From contig NOWV01000003.1 of the NCBI GenBank assembly GCA_003344405.1, forward strand, positions 372,001 through 436,000: DNA of 64,000 nt, written 5' to 3'. The notes under the pieces were generated by a model. That model was not told where the DNA came from, searched no databases, and saw only the letters and a list, made by a program, of their open reading frames with translations. Origin of the DNA: Trichoplax sp. H2 (taxonomy: Eukaryota). Made by a program: the position numbers and the translations under genes. Positions 1-13,900 of the stretch are shown one piece after another. Each line of letters starts with the position of its first letter. The stretch's first letter is position 1.

Positions 1-621
1 TCCTGGATCTCTAACGTTATCGCAGATTAGTGTTACCGGTAATAGTTCTTTATCACTAGCCATTGATATTTCATCGAAAGAAGATGTTTTAGGCTTAAAA
101 AATAAAGCAGCTACCCCACGATTCGTTTGCACGGAAGTCATGGAATTTAAATACCATTTAGGAATCTTGCAGAGACACTCATCAGATATGTCAAAGATAT
201 ACTCAGAAAAGTGCTCATCGAATATGTTATCATTAGAATAAAAAAAGGTATGTAATTGCAAACCCGCGTTAAAAGCTTCCTTTATAACGTTAAGACCATC
301 TATTAAAATTATAGAAGATTTCTTGTTATTTCTGTTTAGTACGCGTTTTGCCAATCTATTATTTTGCAAAGGAGGGTGTGTAAACAGTATGTATACGTTT
401 ACAAATATTAGTAACGACTACGAATTTAGCTAAATTAAGTATCTCAAAATTTGCATCAAATTTTAATGTATGTGGTAGCTGCTAGTTCAAGGGTAGAGTT
501 GAAAGACTTACTTGACTTTTTCTAGAGCTTCGATACTCAGTAATCGTCTCGATTCCGGGCGAATAGTTATCCGACTAAAAGTACGAGTACCACTGCACAG
601 TATCTTGATTCCTTGCTGCAT
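1..621 (-). CDS. MRM3: Mitochondrial rRNA methyltransferase 3 (SpoU/TrmH family), 5' part; exons 621-512 and 355-<1, truncated by window edge
   Basis: Spliced translation MQQGIKILCSGTRTFSR...KVK/LAKRVLNRNNKKSSIILIDGLNVIKEAFNAG...MTSVQTNRGVAALF...LPVTLICDNVRDPG. LICDNxRDPG is SpoU motif 1 as in MRM3/RNMTL1. The GT-AG intron is phase-consistent, and the Arg/Ser/Thr-rich N-terminus resembles a mitochondrial presequence. Confidence 0.85.
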
Positions 622-2518
622 AGTACAGCACTGTACTGTATAGTACCCGGTTATGTCTTTCGATTAAAGATTGTTATACATCATTTCTGCAGTAAACTGT
701 GAATTACTGTTTGCCGAATTTTCATTTAACCCTATCGAACTTATCTGAGCCTATCAATCAGAATTTAATGACCAGAAGTAGAATCCTGGTAGTGAGGTAC
801 TGTACACTGTACATCATTTGTAAAAATCGCTTAAGTTGTCCTTCTATCCGTATCGCCCACGATTTTGCTAGTTTTCTATTAGAGATACAGTGAAAAGGAT
901 TTGCCAAAATTGACACTAAGTTCTGAGTATTACTGCTATAAAAGCACCCAAATTTCACAATCATATACTGCAGTAGATATATATTCTTCACATTTCAATC
1001 AGCATTGCCTCGTTTTCAAAATGCTAAATCAAGCCACCATTCTGCTGTGGCCTTCGAAAATTGTATTTCCAAACCTTATATATTGGACTTAGGTATACCT
1101 TTTAGTATTACCGCGCTGCTTCGTAAAATGAAGACGAGAATAGTAATGCTCGTAAGCGAGACAGTCTCCTTTTATGTAGTGACTATGCCTGTACCTTTTC
1201 ATGGACTACTAGAAGAAAAGTTAAAGGTCCATGATCTTACTTTGTACTGTACATTTACCTAGCTGGCACAACTTATTGAACTAGTATCACAGTACTTGAC
1301 GGTTATGTATGCTATGTCAAGTCATAACAAAGTATGATTGTGCAAATACAAAAAAACGGACGAAGATACGTGCTGTGAAGGCACTGAATAATAGTTGTAT
1401 ACCAATTGTACATAGTCAAGAAAAGCTTTTAAACGCGGATCCGGAGCTCCACTGCTGAATGGTCTGTGACTCTGTGTTATATCTTTATTCATAGTTAGTC
1501 TAGACTATCGTCATCGCAGACACATAGTCTCGTACGGACGTACGGTATGCGGTGTCTCATTGCATTTAATTAATATTATTATTGTTGCAGTCTGCAGTAT
1601 AGTATTATTACAATTATCATTATTATTATTATTACACACAACAGTCTGCATCACTAGAATGGCGATGATTAGAATGAGTAGTGATCACAAATCGATAATT
1701 TTGATTAAACAGTCTAGCCATTACTAAATGTAGCAGTCGTCAGCAAACCTCATTACTTTGTGTACTGTAACAGCAAGTGCCACGTTATTCATACGATACG
1801 GATACATTCATTGATGATCGTTATAAAAATTCAAATAACAGAATAACGCATACGTATGTTATTGACAGGAGTAAATATATACATATACGATTACGCTTGA
1901 ACAATAAAAGCGTTAATAACGTTCCGTAACATACTCGTATACAAGGTAATTATAGAAAGCTAACGCTACAGGTCTTATTATTCGAAATAATAAGTTAAAA
2001 TTATTATATATGTGCGCTACATATGTATCATGTATACTATATACGATAGTGCGGTCCCGTACTGTCTCATATCGGCAAACTTTTATATATCGATTTTAGA
2101 AACAAAAATTTATAGAATACAAGTACTACTATAGATTATTACCCACTAATACCCAGTCGATTCACGCTAATAACTTTAGAAAACTAAACGTAAACCAATA
2201 GATATAGGTCTTGCCGTGGGTACTGCATACAACAATAGAAAGAAGCGATATTTCATATAATTGTTATTAAAATTAACGATTACTGTAAATTGATTTTGTA
2301 ATTACGACTGACCGACACAACCGATATATTGGCCAGTTTTCAGCCTGCGGAGTAGCCACCGAACTTTAAATTAACTAAATACTCATATGTACTTATAAAA
2401 AATGATTCTGTACAAGATAACTTGTAACATAATATTTACTATTGATTCTACGTATCTTGAATACTGTACATTAACTGAAAATGTTATCCGGAGCGGCTTA
2501 GAATGAATTCCGTGATAA

Positions 2519-5500
2519 TTAGTAGTATGCCCCATGCAATCTTGCTACTGCCATTATAAAATCATTATGGTTGGCGTAGAGGTCAAGTTTATGGTCGACT
2601 TCCAGCCATGCTACGTCTCCAGCGTCGTCTCCCGCTTTTAATTTAAAGTGACTGAAAGCAGAATCACTATCGTCGTGGAAGTTCACCACCGTAGTTTCCA
2701 TCCAAGCATTATCGGTATTACGTGGATCGTCCACGTAGCCTTTATATATCTGTGAAAGAAAGTACGTGAATAGTTAATAGTATTTTTGTAGATATTTAAA
2801 CAAAAAATAAGTAGTTTACTGTTAGCAAATTGATTCCATACCTGTTTACCGCCACTGCTAAATAATTGATGAAGCATTTTTTCAATTTCTTTCTTTTCGA
2901 CTTCAGATGCTTCCAAACTGTTCATTGCTTCCTCTCCAAATTCCTTTTTTAATGTTACTGTCACAGTATCTCCAGCTTCGACCATGCCCTAAATGACATT
3001 TGACCCAGTATAAAAAAATCATTTATTCAACATGCCTATTCCACTAGTGACCTCAGATGTCAGAATGTGAGTAATCCTCATAAAAATTCTATGCTTTTCT
3101 CTCTATGTTGTTTACTTAATCGTATCGTTTGTTAACTAATCTACGAACCCATCGAAATGAGAAATGATTTTCCAAGGTTACACTAAATATTTCGTATGGA
3201 TATGAACAGACACTTACAAATATAGTGAAACGCATGATATAGTATATGATCATTACTGTTTAGAGCAAGTCTCACTATTGAATGACTTCTAGTATTAATG
3301 TACAGGATATATTTTAAACTTTATACTGAATATGGTAAATATCAAAATTTAATTTCGTAAAAATGGATCTTAATTTAATCCTACAAAGAATTTCTTCGAG
3401 TTTATATCAAAATCATCTGTTGTTGTAGTATTCCTTACTCATTCTGTTTAGGCGTTAAATATAAGTCATACAGTATTTCAATTAGTAGAAATTGTAGATT
3501 TTCATTGAATACCAATTGCAACAACTTTAGTAAATTACTTCATTAGAAACGTGCTATAATTATAATTATACCGGTAATTGAATTTTATGGGTATGTTAAT
3601 CTTATCTTTTACACACTTACACCAGGTAAAGCCCATTGACCATTATCTTGCCTTTTGATCGCAACAAATTCTAACACGGGATTATCATTATAAGAAACCA
3701 CATTACCACCGTCATCGCGCTTCCATCTGTAGTAGTAATATATTTCGAATAGTTAAATTAATATTATAGCTACAGTACAGTAATACCAATGGAAATGAAA
3801 CGACATGTGGATAGGCAATACAGTTTGTATACGTGGGTATTATAACTTTTTCATAAGATACCATATCATGGTTTATTATCTTATAGGCAGGTATTATGTC
3901 CTATATTACATATGTTGCACTTCACATAATATTCTGTTTTATCAAGTCATAAACGATAACGCATCTGACCTAGTAGTGATGGGGTCTGCCGCATGATTTG
4001 GTCCCCATCTCCCCAAAACTCCACGCCCTCTAATACCGGTTCTGCCTATAGGATTTCTTTTAAATGGAGGATATACAAGTGATTGCATTATTTGATGCCT
4101 ATATTTTATTTGTTAGTTTGTTCTTATATATAACAACGATGACATGGTAGCTCAATAAAATTTCTAATAAATGATTAGATTTATAAGCAAGTTTCTGTGA
4201 TAGCATTTGTAACTCCTTAACTAGCATGGTACACAAGTAACACTATATAAAGATCATAGAGATATAAAAGTACTTCTATGATTAGGATATAAATGCAATA
4301 AGCAATCTGAGCTGACATGCCTTACCTCGGTATTCCGTCAATTAAAGAATAATCTCCAAAGCCACTTTTTCTATCCACATTACCATCAATTGAATTAAAC
4401 TTGAGAAAATTTTCTGAATTAGTAGGTCTACAATAGTTATATAATTGGAACAACTTTAGGCAGATACCTTATATAGTTATTCAATCGCGTTTACATTTAA
4501 TTAATAAACGTTCCTTCAGATAGATCCCGATAATATACTGTACATGCCGTGTATACTTTGTTATTTATTTTTTAACTTTGAAAAAATGCAATAAGTAATT
4601 GCAATAATTTTAGCCAGATACCTTACGTGCATGTAGCTGTTCCATACTGCGCGTTTACTTGTATTAAACGTTTAATAAGCGGTATACTACCGCTATAAGC
4701 CGTGTACTGTACACTGAGTACTCTACTGTACAGTATAGTACGTTTTTTTTAACTTTTAAAATAATGGCTTTGAGTACGTTGTGAAATACTAGCACAAGAG
4801 AGAAAAATAGTGAATCGACCTACTGTAGATGGCAACTAATTATTTATAGCTGCTATTATTTTGCAACTATTCTGAAGCGCAAAATGAGGCTGTTTTGACT
4901 GAGCCTCTAATTTTTGAAGGCAACGCTGAGTAACTGTGCTTATTGTGTTTATTGATGCACAATTTAGCTATGGTAGATAAATTTCGGGTTTTGACCATAA
5001 CTTATATATCATAGTAATACTGTTGTAATACTAGTCTTCCAAGGATTATGTGTTTGAATATTTTCATATCATACTGTAGTACTGTATTAAGCATGAGTGT
5101 ATTAGATTGAGATGTATTTTGCTTTCTTGTTGCAATTAACCGTGGACTAAAACTGGAAATACATGAGTCTCCTCATCAAAGAAATGAAATTGGAATTGCT
5201 TAAAACAAATTGTGAGACTTTAGAGCGATTACAAGTGTGAGGATTTCGTGCACTACGGTGCATGACTTACAGTACGTTATTCCATGCTCGTATTTTAAAA
5301 AAAAAACGAATACTGTGTTAATCTCGTTTCAGGGAATAGCTTAAGCTTGAGGAGTAAAAAACTCCTTCTTGACAGCGATAAAATAGAGATATAAACTAGA
5401 ATCATAGAAATTTACATGAGCTACAACCTTATCTCGACATCTGCCCAGGGAGGCATTGCTAAGACACTAGAAGATGTGAAATCTATAGGACTGTATTCCA

Positions 5501-5642
5501 GCCATTCAACCGCCCAATCGACTTTATCATCTGGTACAGGAAATCGTTGAATATCTGATTTCGGATAAATTGACTGTCGAGCTTTTCGGTGTAACGGCTT
5601 TCGCGTAGAGGTCATTATTTGCTGAAAGCACCTTTTAATCAT
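2519..5642 (-). CDS. NUDT9: ADP-ribose pyrophosphatase NUDT9; exons approx 5642-5428, 4427-4326, ~4057-3969, ~3727-3621, ~2988-2841, ~2749-2519
   Basis: Motifs [72 protein letters not shown] (Nudix box), [13 protein letters not shown] and [16 protein letters not shown] junctions. Confidence 0.95.
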
Positions 5643-5899
5643 ATATTTTACGGTAATCTATACAAGTTTGAAACGATAACAGGAGTAATGGAGGATAATA
5701 TAAAAATAACGCAGTAACCAAGCGATAAATGCAGCTTACTGTGAGCAGCGTTTCTGTCCCGACGGGATAGACTAAAATTCGGACTTGTCAAACCTTGCTA
5801 ACGGTAGTAGTGAACTAGTGACTATACTTCGTCTCTCGTTATCCTCTCTGTCTTTCTTTAATAAACATAGTGTTCTTGACTGTGAGTTGTACGTCCCTG

Positions 5900-6160
5900 C
5901 ATACAGTACAACAGAATATATTACACAGTACAGTACACTACTGTACAGTGTACAGTACTGTACACCACCGTGTACAGTATTAAAACACCAGTACAATGTA
6001 CTGTACAGTACAGTATTTTAGTACAGTAGTCCATCCTAAATTTTGTACTGTACTGTACAGTGTTCAGTACAGACTTCATTACAGTACAGTACTGTAGACT
6101 ACAGTACTATATAGTGTAATGTACTGTACTGTACACTGTACAGTACAGTACTGTATGCTG
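5900..6160. repeat. TACAG/CTGTA mixed-orientation simple repeat in the NUDT9-DPH1 bidirectional promoter
   Basis: Dense tacag/ctgta units with palindromic TGTACA/AGTACT junctions between head-to-head ATGs at 5642 and 6382. Confidence 0.9.
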
Positions 6161-6381
6161 CAGTCAGGATTATTACAGACTAACGTAGATTTGAGGTTTT
6201 CTTTTAGGTTTTGCAGAGAAATCTTTACGCAGTTCCAGAAGTGAATTTACTTCTTTGTGTTATATTGTATTATAGTTAAACATCTAAGCATTTATTCTCA
6301 TTGGTAAATACGGAAGGTATTATACAGTACCGCAGTATAACATTGATATTACAGTAATATTTTGACAAAGGTGATCCTTTT

Positions 6382-9300
6382 ATGGCGCACAATAATAGCA
6401 CTACTGAAGCAAATATGGTATCTGGTAGTAAACCACGAAAGCGATTTGTGGGAGCAAAGTCGTCATCAGGTGCCACCGGTGCTGGTTAGTTACGCGTATT
6501 TTATTGCTAATGACAGTTCGTTGCACCTGATTGCATTCACACTGCAGTTGCTGTTAGTGTAAGGCAAAGAACTAGTTGTAAAATTATAATTAACTTTAAC
6601 TCATCACTGCGTGTGTACACTAATCAACTTTATGTTCCGTGTTGGTATTATCGTATATCGAAAACGAAAACACAACAGCTTTTAAATAGCGAGTACAATA
6701 AAACTAGCAAAAGTTGGAAGCTTACAATACTGTATATCGACTTTTAATGAGCTATTCTGGCTGAGCATTATACTGTACAGTATTGCTGCATAGTACATAC
6801 TGTACTGTATATGGTAAACATAGCGTATTATACTAAACACAGCTGTTCTAATCCAAAGAATTTAAAATAGAATTAAATTAATTAATTTATTTTATGTTTA
6901 TTACGTGAGATGTCAAGTCCCGCGTATAAGTAAGATTTCGTTCTGAAGATGATCATGTCAAAACTGTTACAGATTTACAGTATATATCATTACTTGTGAA
7001 GTTAATTTACAGGCAACAAATAAGTTAGTTTACTTATAAAATTGTTAGTTTCTAAAAGGAGGGATGGTGGTCAACGCGTTGCTCATCAGATACCGGAGGA
7101 AATACTTGGCGACAGACAATTGCAAAATGCGATATGTCAGGTCTGTTTTAAATTCTAGATACTATAGCGAAGGCTAAAATTCATAAAAAACTTTGAGGCT
7201 GTATTACGTATATTTAATCAGGGACTACTAAAAAAGAAATTTTATTACGTGTATAGTAAAAGCACAGTATTTATTTGGCTGGTAAATTTACTTTTGGTAC
7301 ATAACTCTAATAGCGAGCTTATGCGTAGTAGATCACTCTGCAGTATTTTAACATTTTCAGAAATGGGTAATAGTTATCACGCAATGTATTACTGTAATGA
7401 GTAACAAGAGTAAATATTAAATAAAATAGAAAATTATATATGTAAAGCGTAAGTGATTAAATTGTTTAAGGTGTATCTCTCTGTTTAATTCTCATTAAAA
7501 CCTAGCTGCCTAAAAATTACAATTTTGAGGTATACAAAACAGTCTGGAGAATTAAGTTCACAAAATCTAAGCGGGGTAAATACGTAGCATCCGATAATTC
7601 TGCAGTGTTTTGCTTTTATTATTTGTAAATAGTATAAAATGCCTATTTACATGATACTTTGTTGATATCTAATCTAATAATTCTTGTAATAGTTGCCTTG
7701 CAGTTCCCTGAAGGGCTTTTAATGTTTTCTTGCCTCATTGCTGATATAATCGAAAGGTTAGTTTTGAGGCACACATTCTATAGTAGTGTTATATTCTAAG
7801 ATGACTTTGGCAGTATATATGTCCAACCTTGTTACAGATTGCAGTTGACTGACACGTACATGTAGTTGCAAGGTTCGACTGTACTATATGTAAAACTTAC
7901 AACTTTGATTCCAGATTTACTGATGCAGAAGTCATAATCATGGGTGAAGTTACTTATGGGGCGTGTTGTGTCGATGACTATACCGCGCGTGCCTTAGGAG
8001 CAGATCTGATGATCCATTATGGACATAGTTGCCTTGGTAAGAGAAATTCTGGAGTTGTATTGAGTTGCAAACCCTTTACGCGTTTATAAGTTATCCAATC
8101 ATTTGGCAGAGAATGTTATATATATTCTTGGTAGTCAAATAGCATAAATTTGAAAAAGTTTTTGAATACCAATTGACGATACAGAAATAAAATGATTTGT
8201 GTGGGACAACTTGCTTTAAGTTACGCCGTTGAATAAAGGCTCTTGTTTCTTATTTCATTAATGAACTATAGTTCCTGTTGATCGTACCGGTGGAATCAAA
8301 ATGCTGTATGTATTTGTAGATATCAAAATAGATACAGTGCGATTAATCGAAACTATCAAGCACAACGTATCGAAAGAATTAAACATAGCACTGGTGAGCA
8401 CTATACAGTTTGTGGCAGCATTGCAGGTAATAATATCGAATGTTAGACGGATTAGTAAGCTCGTATAAATGATTGTATTATATATATACTAATGTCTTAT
8501 GATTTTTGATATTTACTAATGGAGGGAGTAAAACAGGAACTATCACATGATTACAATGTTTCCGTTCCTCAATGCAAGCCTCTGTCCCCTGGCGAAATCC
8601 TTGGATGTACAGCTCCAAAGCTAACAGATGTCGATGTTGTCATGTAAAGAGTTTGAACTTACTTTAGGAAAATTCTAGTATAGAAATTTTTTCAGAATTC
8701 AATTCTTTATCAGCTACATAGGGGATGGCAGATTTCATTTAGAAGCTATAATGATTGCAAACCCCGATTTACCTACTTACAGGTGAATATAGATAGTAGT
8801 TACACTTTAATTAGTATCAATTCTTGATAAAGATTAGATTATATTAAGCTAGAGGTCAACCAAAACAGTACAATATCAAACTGTGTTAAAGCTACGGTTC
8901 ATGTTTAAAGGTATGATCCTTATTCCAAAGCATTCTCTCGAGAATACTATAATATCCAGTTAATGAAAGATATTAGGTATAAGGCAATATCTAGTAGTGT
9001 CCACGCTAGGAAGATTGGACTAATCCTTGGAACACTAGGCAGACAAGGCAGCATCAAAATTTTGCAGGTCTATTTATAGAAATTTAAGTATTGTTGCACT
9101 ATTTCTTATGGTTTAAACCTGTTCTTATGATCAGACTCAAGTTCATTCATTATCGTTAACCTTAATTAAACCATATTTGATGTGTGTTATGTTTATTTAC
9201 AGATACTATTGTTTGTTTTATACATAGAACTTGCAAGCTCGTATTACATACCTAGGGTTGGAATATATAACAGTTTTCATGTCAGAAATATTTCCTGATA

Positions 9301-9813
9301 AGTTGCAGTTATTTCAAAATGTGGATGTGTACGTAACCACATATGTATACTTATAGTAAATTAACTAAAAGCGATCACCTGATCATTAATAATGCATTAA
9401 TACATCCTTAAGGTGGATACAGGTAGCTTGTCCAAGATTATCCATTGATTGGGGAACAGCATTTAAGAAGCCTCTTCTAACTCCATATGAGGTTATCATA
9501 TGCTGTTCATTTAGCAGTTTTCACCAGCTATTAATTCTTGCCGTATAGATCTAGCAAGGATGAAAAGTTTCATTTATACCTACTGATGATTAGACTACTT
9601 TCTCATTATTTGGCTCTAACATTATCAGGTATTCTTATATCTCATTATTATTAGGCTTCTGTATTATTTAAGACCATAGAGTGGCAAAACAATTATCCGA
9701 TGGATTTTTATGCAAATACTTCACTTGGCAATTGGACTGTTAATAATTTAAAAAATAAAGAGGAGAAGCAAAATTACAGAAAGTGTATTCAAGAAAGTAA
9801 TCAAAAAGATTGA
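6382..9813 (+). CDS. DPH1: Diphthamide biosynthesis protein 1; 12 exons approx 6382-6484, 7049-7140, 7506-7576, 7693-7756, 7915-8036, 8272-8426, 8525-8643, 8713-8782, 8911-9066, 9228-9327, 9413-9491, 9655-9813
   Basis: Motifs [87 protein letters not shown] and YPMDFYA; consistent splice phases. Absent from the ORF track because the exons are short. Confidence 0.95.
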
Positions 9814-10940
9814 TCCTGTGGCCCGTAATTTAAAGAAAGTGGATGAGATGGAACGGAAGATGCTACTTTATTAAAAATTGCTGTTTATTTTATATTATTT
9901 TTATATTATAGATACTAGTATTACGGTATGCAGTTTTAAGTTCTTTCTCTAACCCATACGGCTGAAAGTTATTATAATGGATTAATTTGGATAGCATGTA
10001 AATTCCATTTTTATTGAAACTTTATAAACGCAGAATTTAGATATAATCATAGATAATAATTATGACAATCCTATCATACAATAATATACTGTATAACCAC
10101 ATAGTTGGGTTAGCTTTATGACATTGAGAAACAACATATTTGATGACAATCGAAGAATAAGCGATCTATTCAATTTTAATATTTAAGTCTATGCGATTCA
10201 GCTAAAAATAAACCGGAAACTATTTGCTACTAAATGAAAGAATTTATGGTATTTGTAACCTGCTACATAGTTTGTGGTAAATGCAATAGTCAAGAAAATA
10301 TTGCGTAATTACGATATGTATGCCTTAAGGCATCATCACTGCATCAATACGATTTCAATTAGATAAAAATTGTGAAGTACCTTATTACGCAGTGTTGCAA
10401 ATAAAAAATTCGGTAAATAAAAAAATAATACAAAAACATACGATGCTTCCTGCGGTCTAGACGTAAAAGTGACAAATTTTAAATCTTTTACAGCTTCCGA
10501 AAGCAACTAAGTGTTAAACTAGTAGTTTTCAAATTTTTTAAATTTCCTGGTTCTGAAATAATTATATATAATTAAACAGGAAATAGCAAGATCGTCATTA
10601 ATTACCATTGTCCACAATAACAAATCTATAACCATAGAAGCTTTACAAATCAATGTTTAAATGTCACAGTTGCTTACTGTTAATACTCGTATATCTAAAC
10701 TGATGATTCTACAGTATTTCGGAGTACCTGTTACTGATGATTAGGAATATGTTTACCGATGTCCTTTCGCTAGCTAATGAACCGCAATAATAGTACAGTA
10801 CATGCAGAACTAATAAGCGGTACAGATACATCAAATTAGGGATACTCGAATAGTCTCTGAGTAAATAACTGAAATAGCTAAGACGATCACTTTTCCTTTT
10901 TTTAATTCTCGTGGATTTTTCCTTCGACGATAAAGATTTT

Positions 10941-13900
10941 TTAACAGTCTTTGTAACGGCTGTAAATGGTTAATAAGTAAGTCATAACACATCGTTGATC
11001 AGGTCTAGGATACATAATAAGCATGTCTTCTACATCGAGTAATGGCGCAATACCAACCTTGCTATAATTGTGAAAATTGACGACATAACGTATAAACACA
11101 AAAGATAGGACATGTAATGCTAGAATAGAAGAAATAAAATCCTACAGGTGATCTACATTATAAGCGGCGAATTACTTACTCGAATGCTTCGAATGCCAGG
11201 GTAAAGTTTTTCTCTTTCGTCGTAGTGTCGAGATCATCCATAGGAATAGTGTCACGTCCTATTAAGTTATTTAGTAAGGCGCAAAACGCTAGACCATCAG
11301 CCCAACTACGACTTAAGTCCTTTACCATAATATCCTAATAAAGGATACAATTTATAAAGATATTCAATATAAATATCTAAAACTAGTTTACTATTGGGAC
11401 ATGCTTTGTGATATAAGCGTTGGTCAGTCGCCTTGCCATAACTGTAAACACGGGTATACGTATACAAATGCTGTACGGTACAGATCGCATAATGTACATG
11501 GAAAACTACTTTACGTATTTGGCATCACTTACATACCTTGTATTCATATCCTTTCGTATGCAGCTTGCACCACTGCAAAAGAATAGCGGAAACAGAACCT
11601 TCTGTCTTGGGAGTCTGCTTAGCGGCTGGTTTTGGAGCAGCTGTTGATCTGCATTTCCAAAATAGTTTATGAAAGAAAATGTGTATTATGGCTTTAAGAC
11701 GATAACAATAGATTTCAACTTGATTATTAACTTATTAAAAATTAAAAATTCAATTGATTCGAGTACTCAGTAGGCTTTTTCGCAGTTTCGGTTTTAGTTG
11801 CCTTTTTAAAGAGATCTTTTAATCCGCTCTTTTTTTGCTTCTTTTCAGGTTGTGAAGTTAATTTTGGTGCGGTAGTTACAAACGGTTTTGGTCTCTTAGA
11901 CTTAGGATCATTCACAACATTTCGCCCAACCGGCTTTTTAATCTCAAATTTTCTAATATAGCCTGCTGCAGGGACTACTGCCTTTCTCGTTTCGGCACCT
12001 TTATCGGATGTTGGAACCTTACAACTGCTGGTAATGAAGTCATAGAAGGGTGAAGAATTTTAAGATACTATACTGTATGTTTTTCATGCTTTTAAATTGA
12101 TACGTCTACGATTAGTAATTTAATTGTACTATTATGGAATATTATTAAATGCTACGCAAATACTAACGCCTCCTTCATCGTGTCGTTCCCCTTATCTGGT
12201 CCAAGCGATGTTGACGGATTAGCATTTCTAGGAGTTCCAGTAGGGCTACTCGGAGTACTTGCCAAGTCTTTAACGTTCACGCTGTTTATCTCCTTTCTTT
12301 TATTATTATCTGACTCTTCCTTGAATGACGAAGATACGTTCTGAATTGGTTCTAAAACACTAATAGCTCTAATAGCTTTTGGCGAAGAAGGCTCTTCTGA
12401 AAATTGAATGAATGTCTCTCGTCGCTTATCCGGCGGTAAAGTTGTAGTAATATTTGGGCGAAATCGATACTGGTTCTTTTCCCGTCGTTGTACATTTTCA
12501 TTATCAGGCTGATCGGAAGGTGCCTTTATTTTAGCTTTTGTCTTTTCTATTTGCTGCTGTTTCAGTACTTGATCATTGTCTGGCTGATTCCCTTGGTTCT
12601 TGATATTTTCTGTATTACAATTTACTAGTTTTCGGCTGCCAGAATATACATTATCAAGGCTATCATTCGAATTATCCATCGTATCAGCTTTAGTTTCATT
12701 ATTACGTAATTGAACTATTAAGCTTTCTTCATTTCCACGATTATTTCTCATTTCGGAGATAGTTTCCTTGTTAGTGCTCATTTCATTCGTATTGCTAGCG
12801 TCAGCGTGACTCCAGCTTTTTCCCTTATTATTCCTGGATTCCTGATCGACATAATCTTTCCTAAGATCATGACGATAAGATGATTGAGAGCTCAGAACGT
12901 GTTCTGTATAGCATTCTTTAACTGAAGATTCTTTCCGCAGTTGTTGATCGTAGGTTTTTTGCACTGTCGAATCGATCCGATCAGTGATTATTTTTCGCGG
13001 AAGCTCGTTCTTCAAACTTTCGCGAAATTTCCCTTGTACTCTTATTCCAGAACTGGTACTCTGATCTTCTCTACCATTCGATTCGTTACTTGCGAAGAAC
13101 GATTTCTTAGCTGATTGTATTTGAATCAAATCACCCTTTTTATCTTGAACGGCGGGTGAATCGTCTTTCGTGAATTTTTCGTATTTAGGTGAACCATTTT
13201 GATCAGAATTGACACTTTTAAACCGGCTAATTTTTTCGAACGGTGACTTGGATTGATTCTTTTTGTCTCCATCCTTATTAAACCTAGAACTAGTATTACT
13301 TTTATCGTCTTTTTTAATGCTACTACCAAAAAATGCTGCCCTGGCAGATTGACTTCTTGATTTAACGTTCTGCTTATGGCTGCTGTATTCATTATCTGTC
13401 TTGAATTTTGATTCATCATCATCTTTGCCGGATGTCTTTTCATCTATGCTTGATCTGTCTTCTGAATGTTTTTCATGTCGGCTATTTATACGTAACATTA
13501 CTTGGTTAGTCCTTTCTTTAAAAGTACTTTTGCAAGGATTTGAGTTTTCTTGATTTAAATCTTTTGAAAGAGTTCTTTTATCGCTTGATTTCGAGTTATT
13601 ACCATTATCAATGGTTGCTAGAAATTGATTTCGCATCAACGCTACATTCGAATTAGTTGGAACTGATCCTGCGGTCTGTTTTAGGTCATTACGAACTTTT
13701 GAAATGGGATGGGAATCAGTACTTTCAATGAAATTCACCGCTTGCTGAAAAATCGAGTTTGGTTTCTTAAATCTGTTACTTTTAGAAATGGCATCCCTTT
13801 CAATCTGGCTTGATTGAGGTTCATTCAAATCAGTCGTTTGAGGATGTTTTAATTCGGCGTCAGTTGAACTATTCCTTACTGAGGCTGTCTTATTAATCAG

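Noticed and set aside
5772..6021. ORFs rich in Y/S/T/V/Q/C (also 28635-29045, 28716-28971, 33333-33697)
   Set aside because: They are translations of the stop-poor TACAG/CTGTA repeat, not genes.
9328..9412. U12-type intron in DPH1 (TCCTTAAG at the 3' end)
   Set aside because: The donor is GTACGT, not GTATCCTT, so it is treated as U2.
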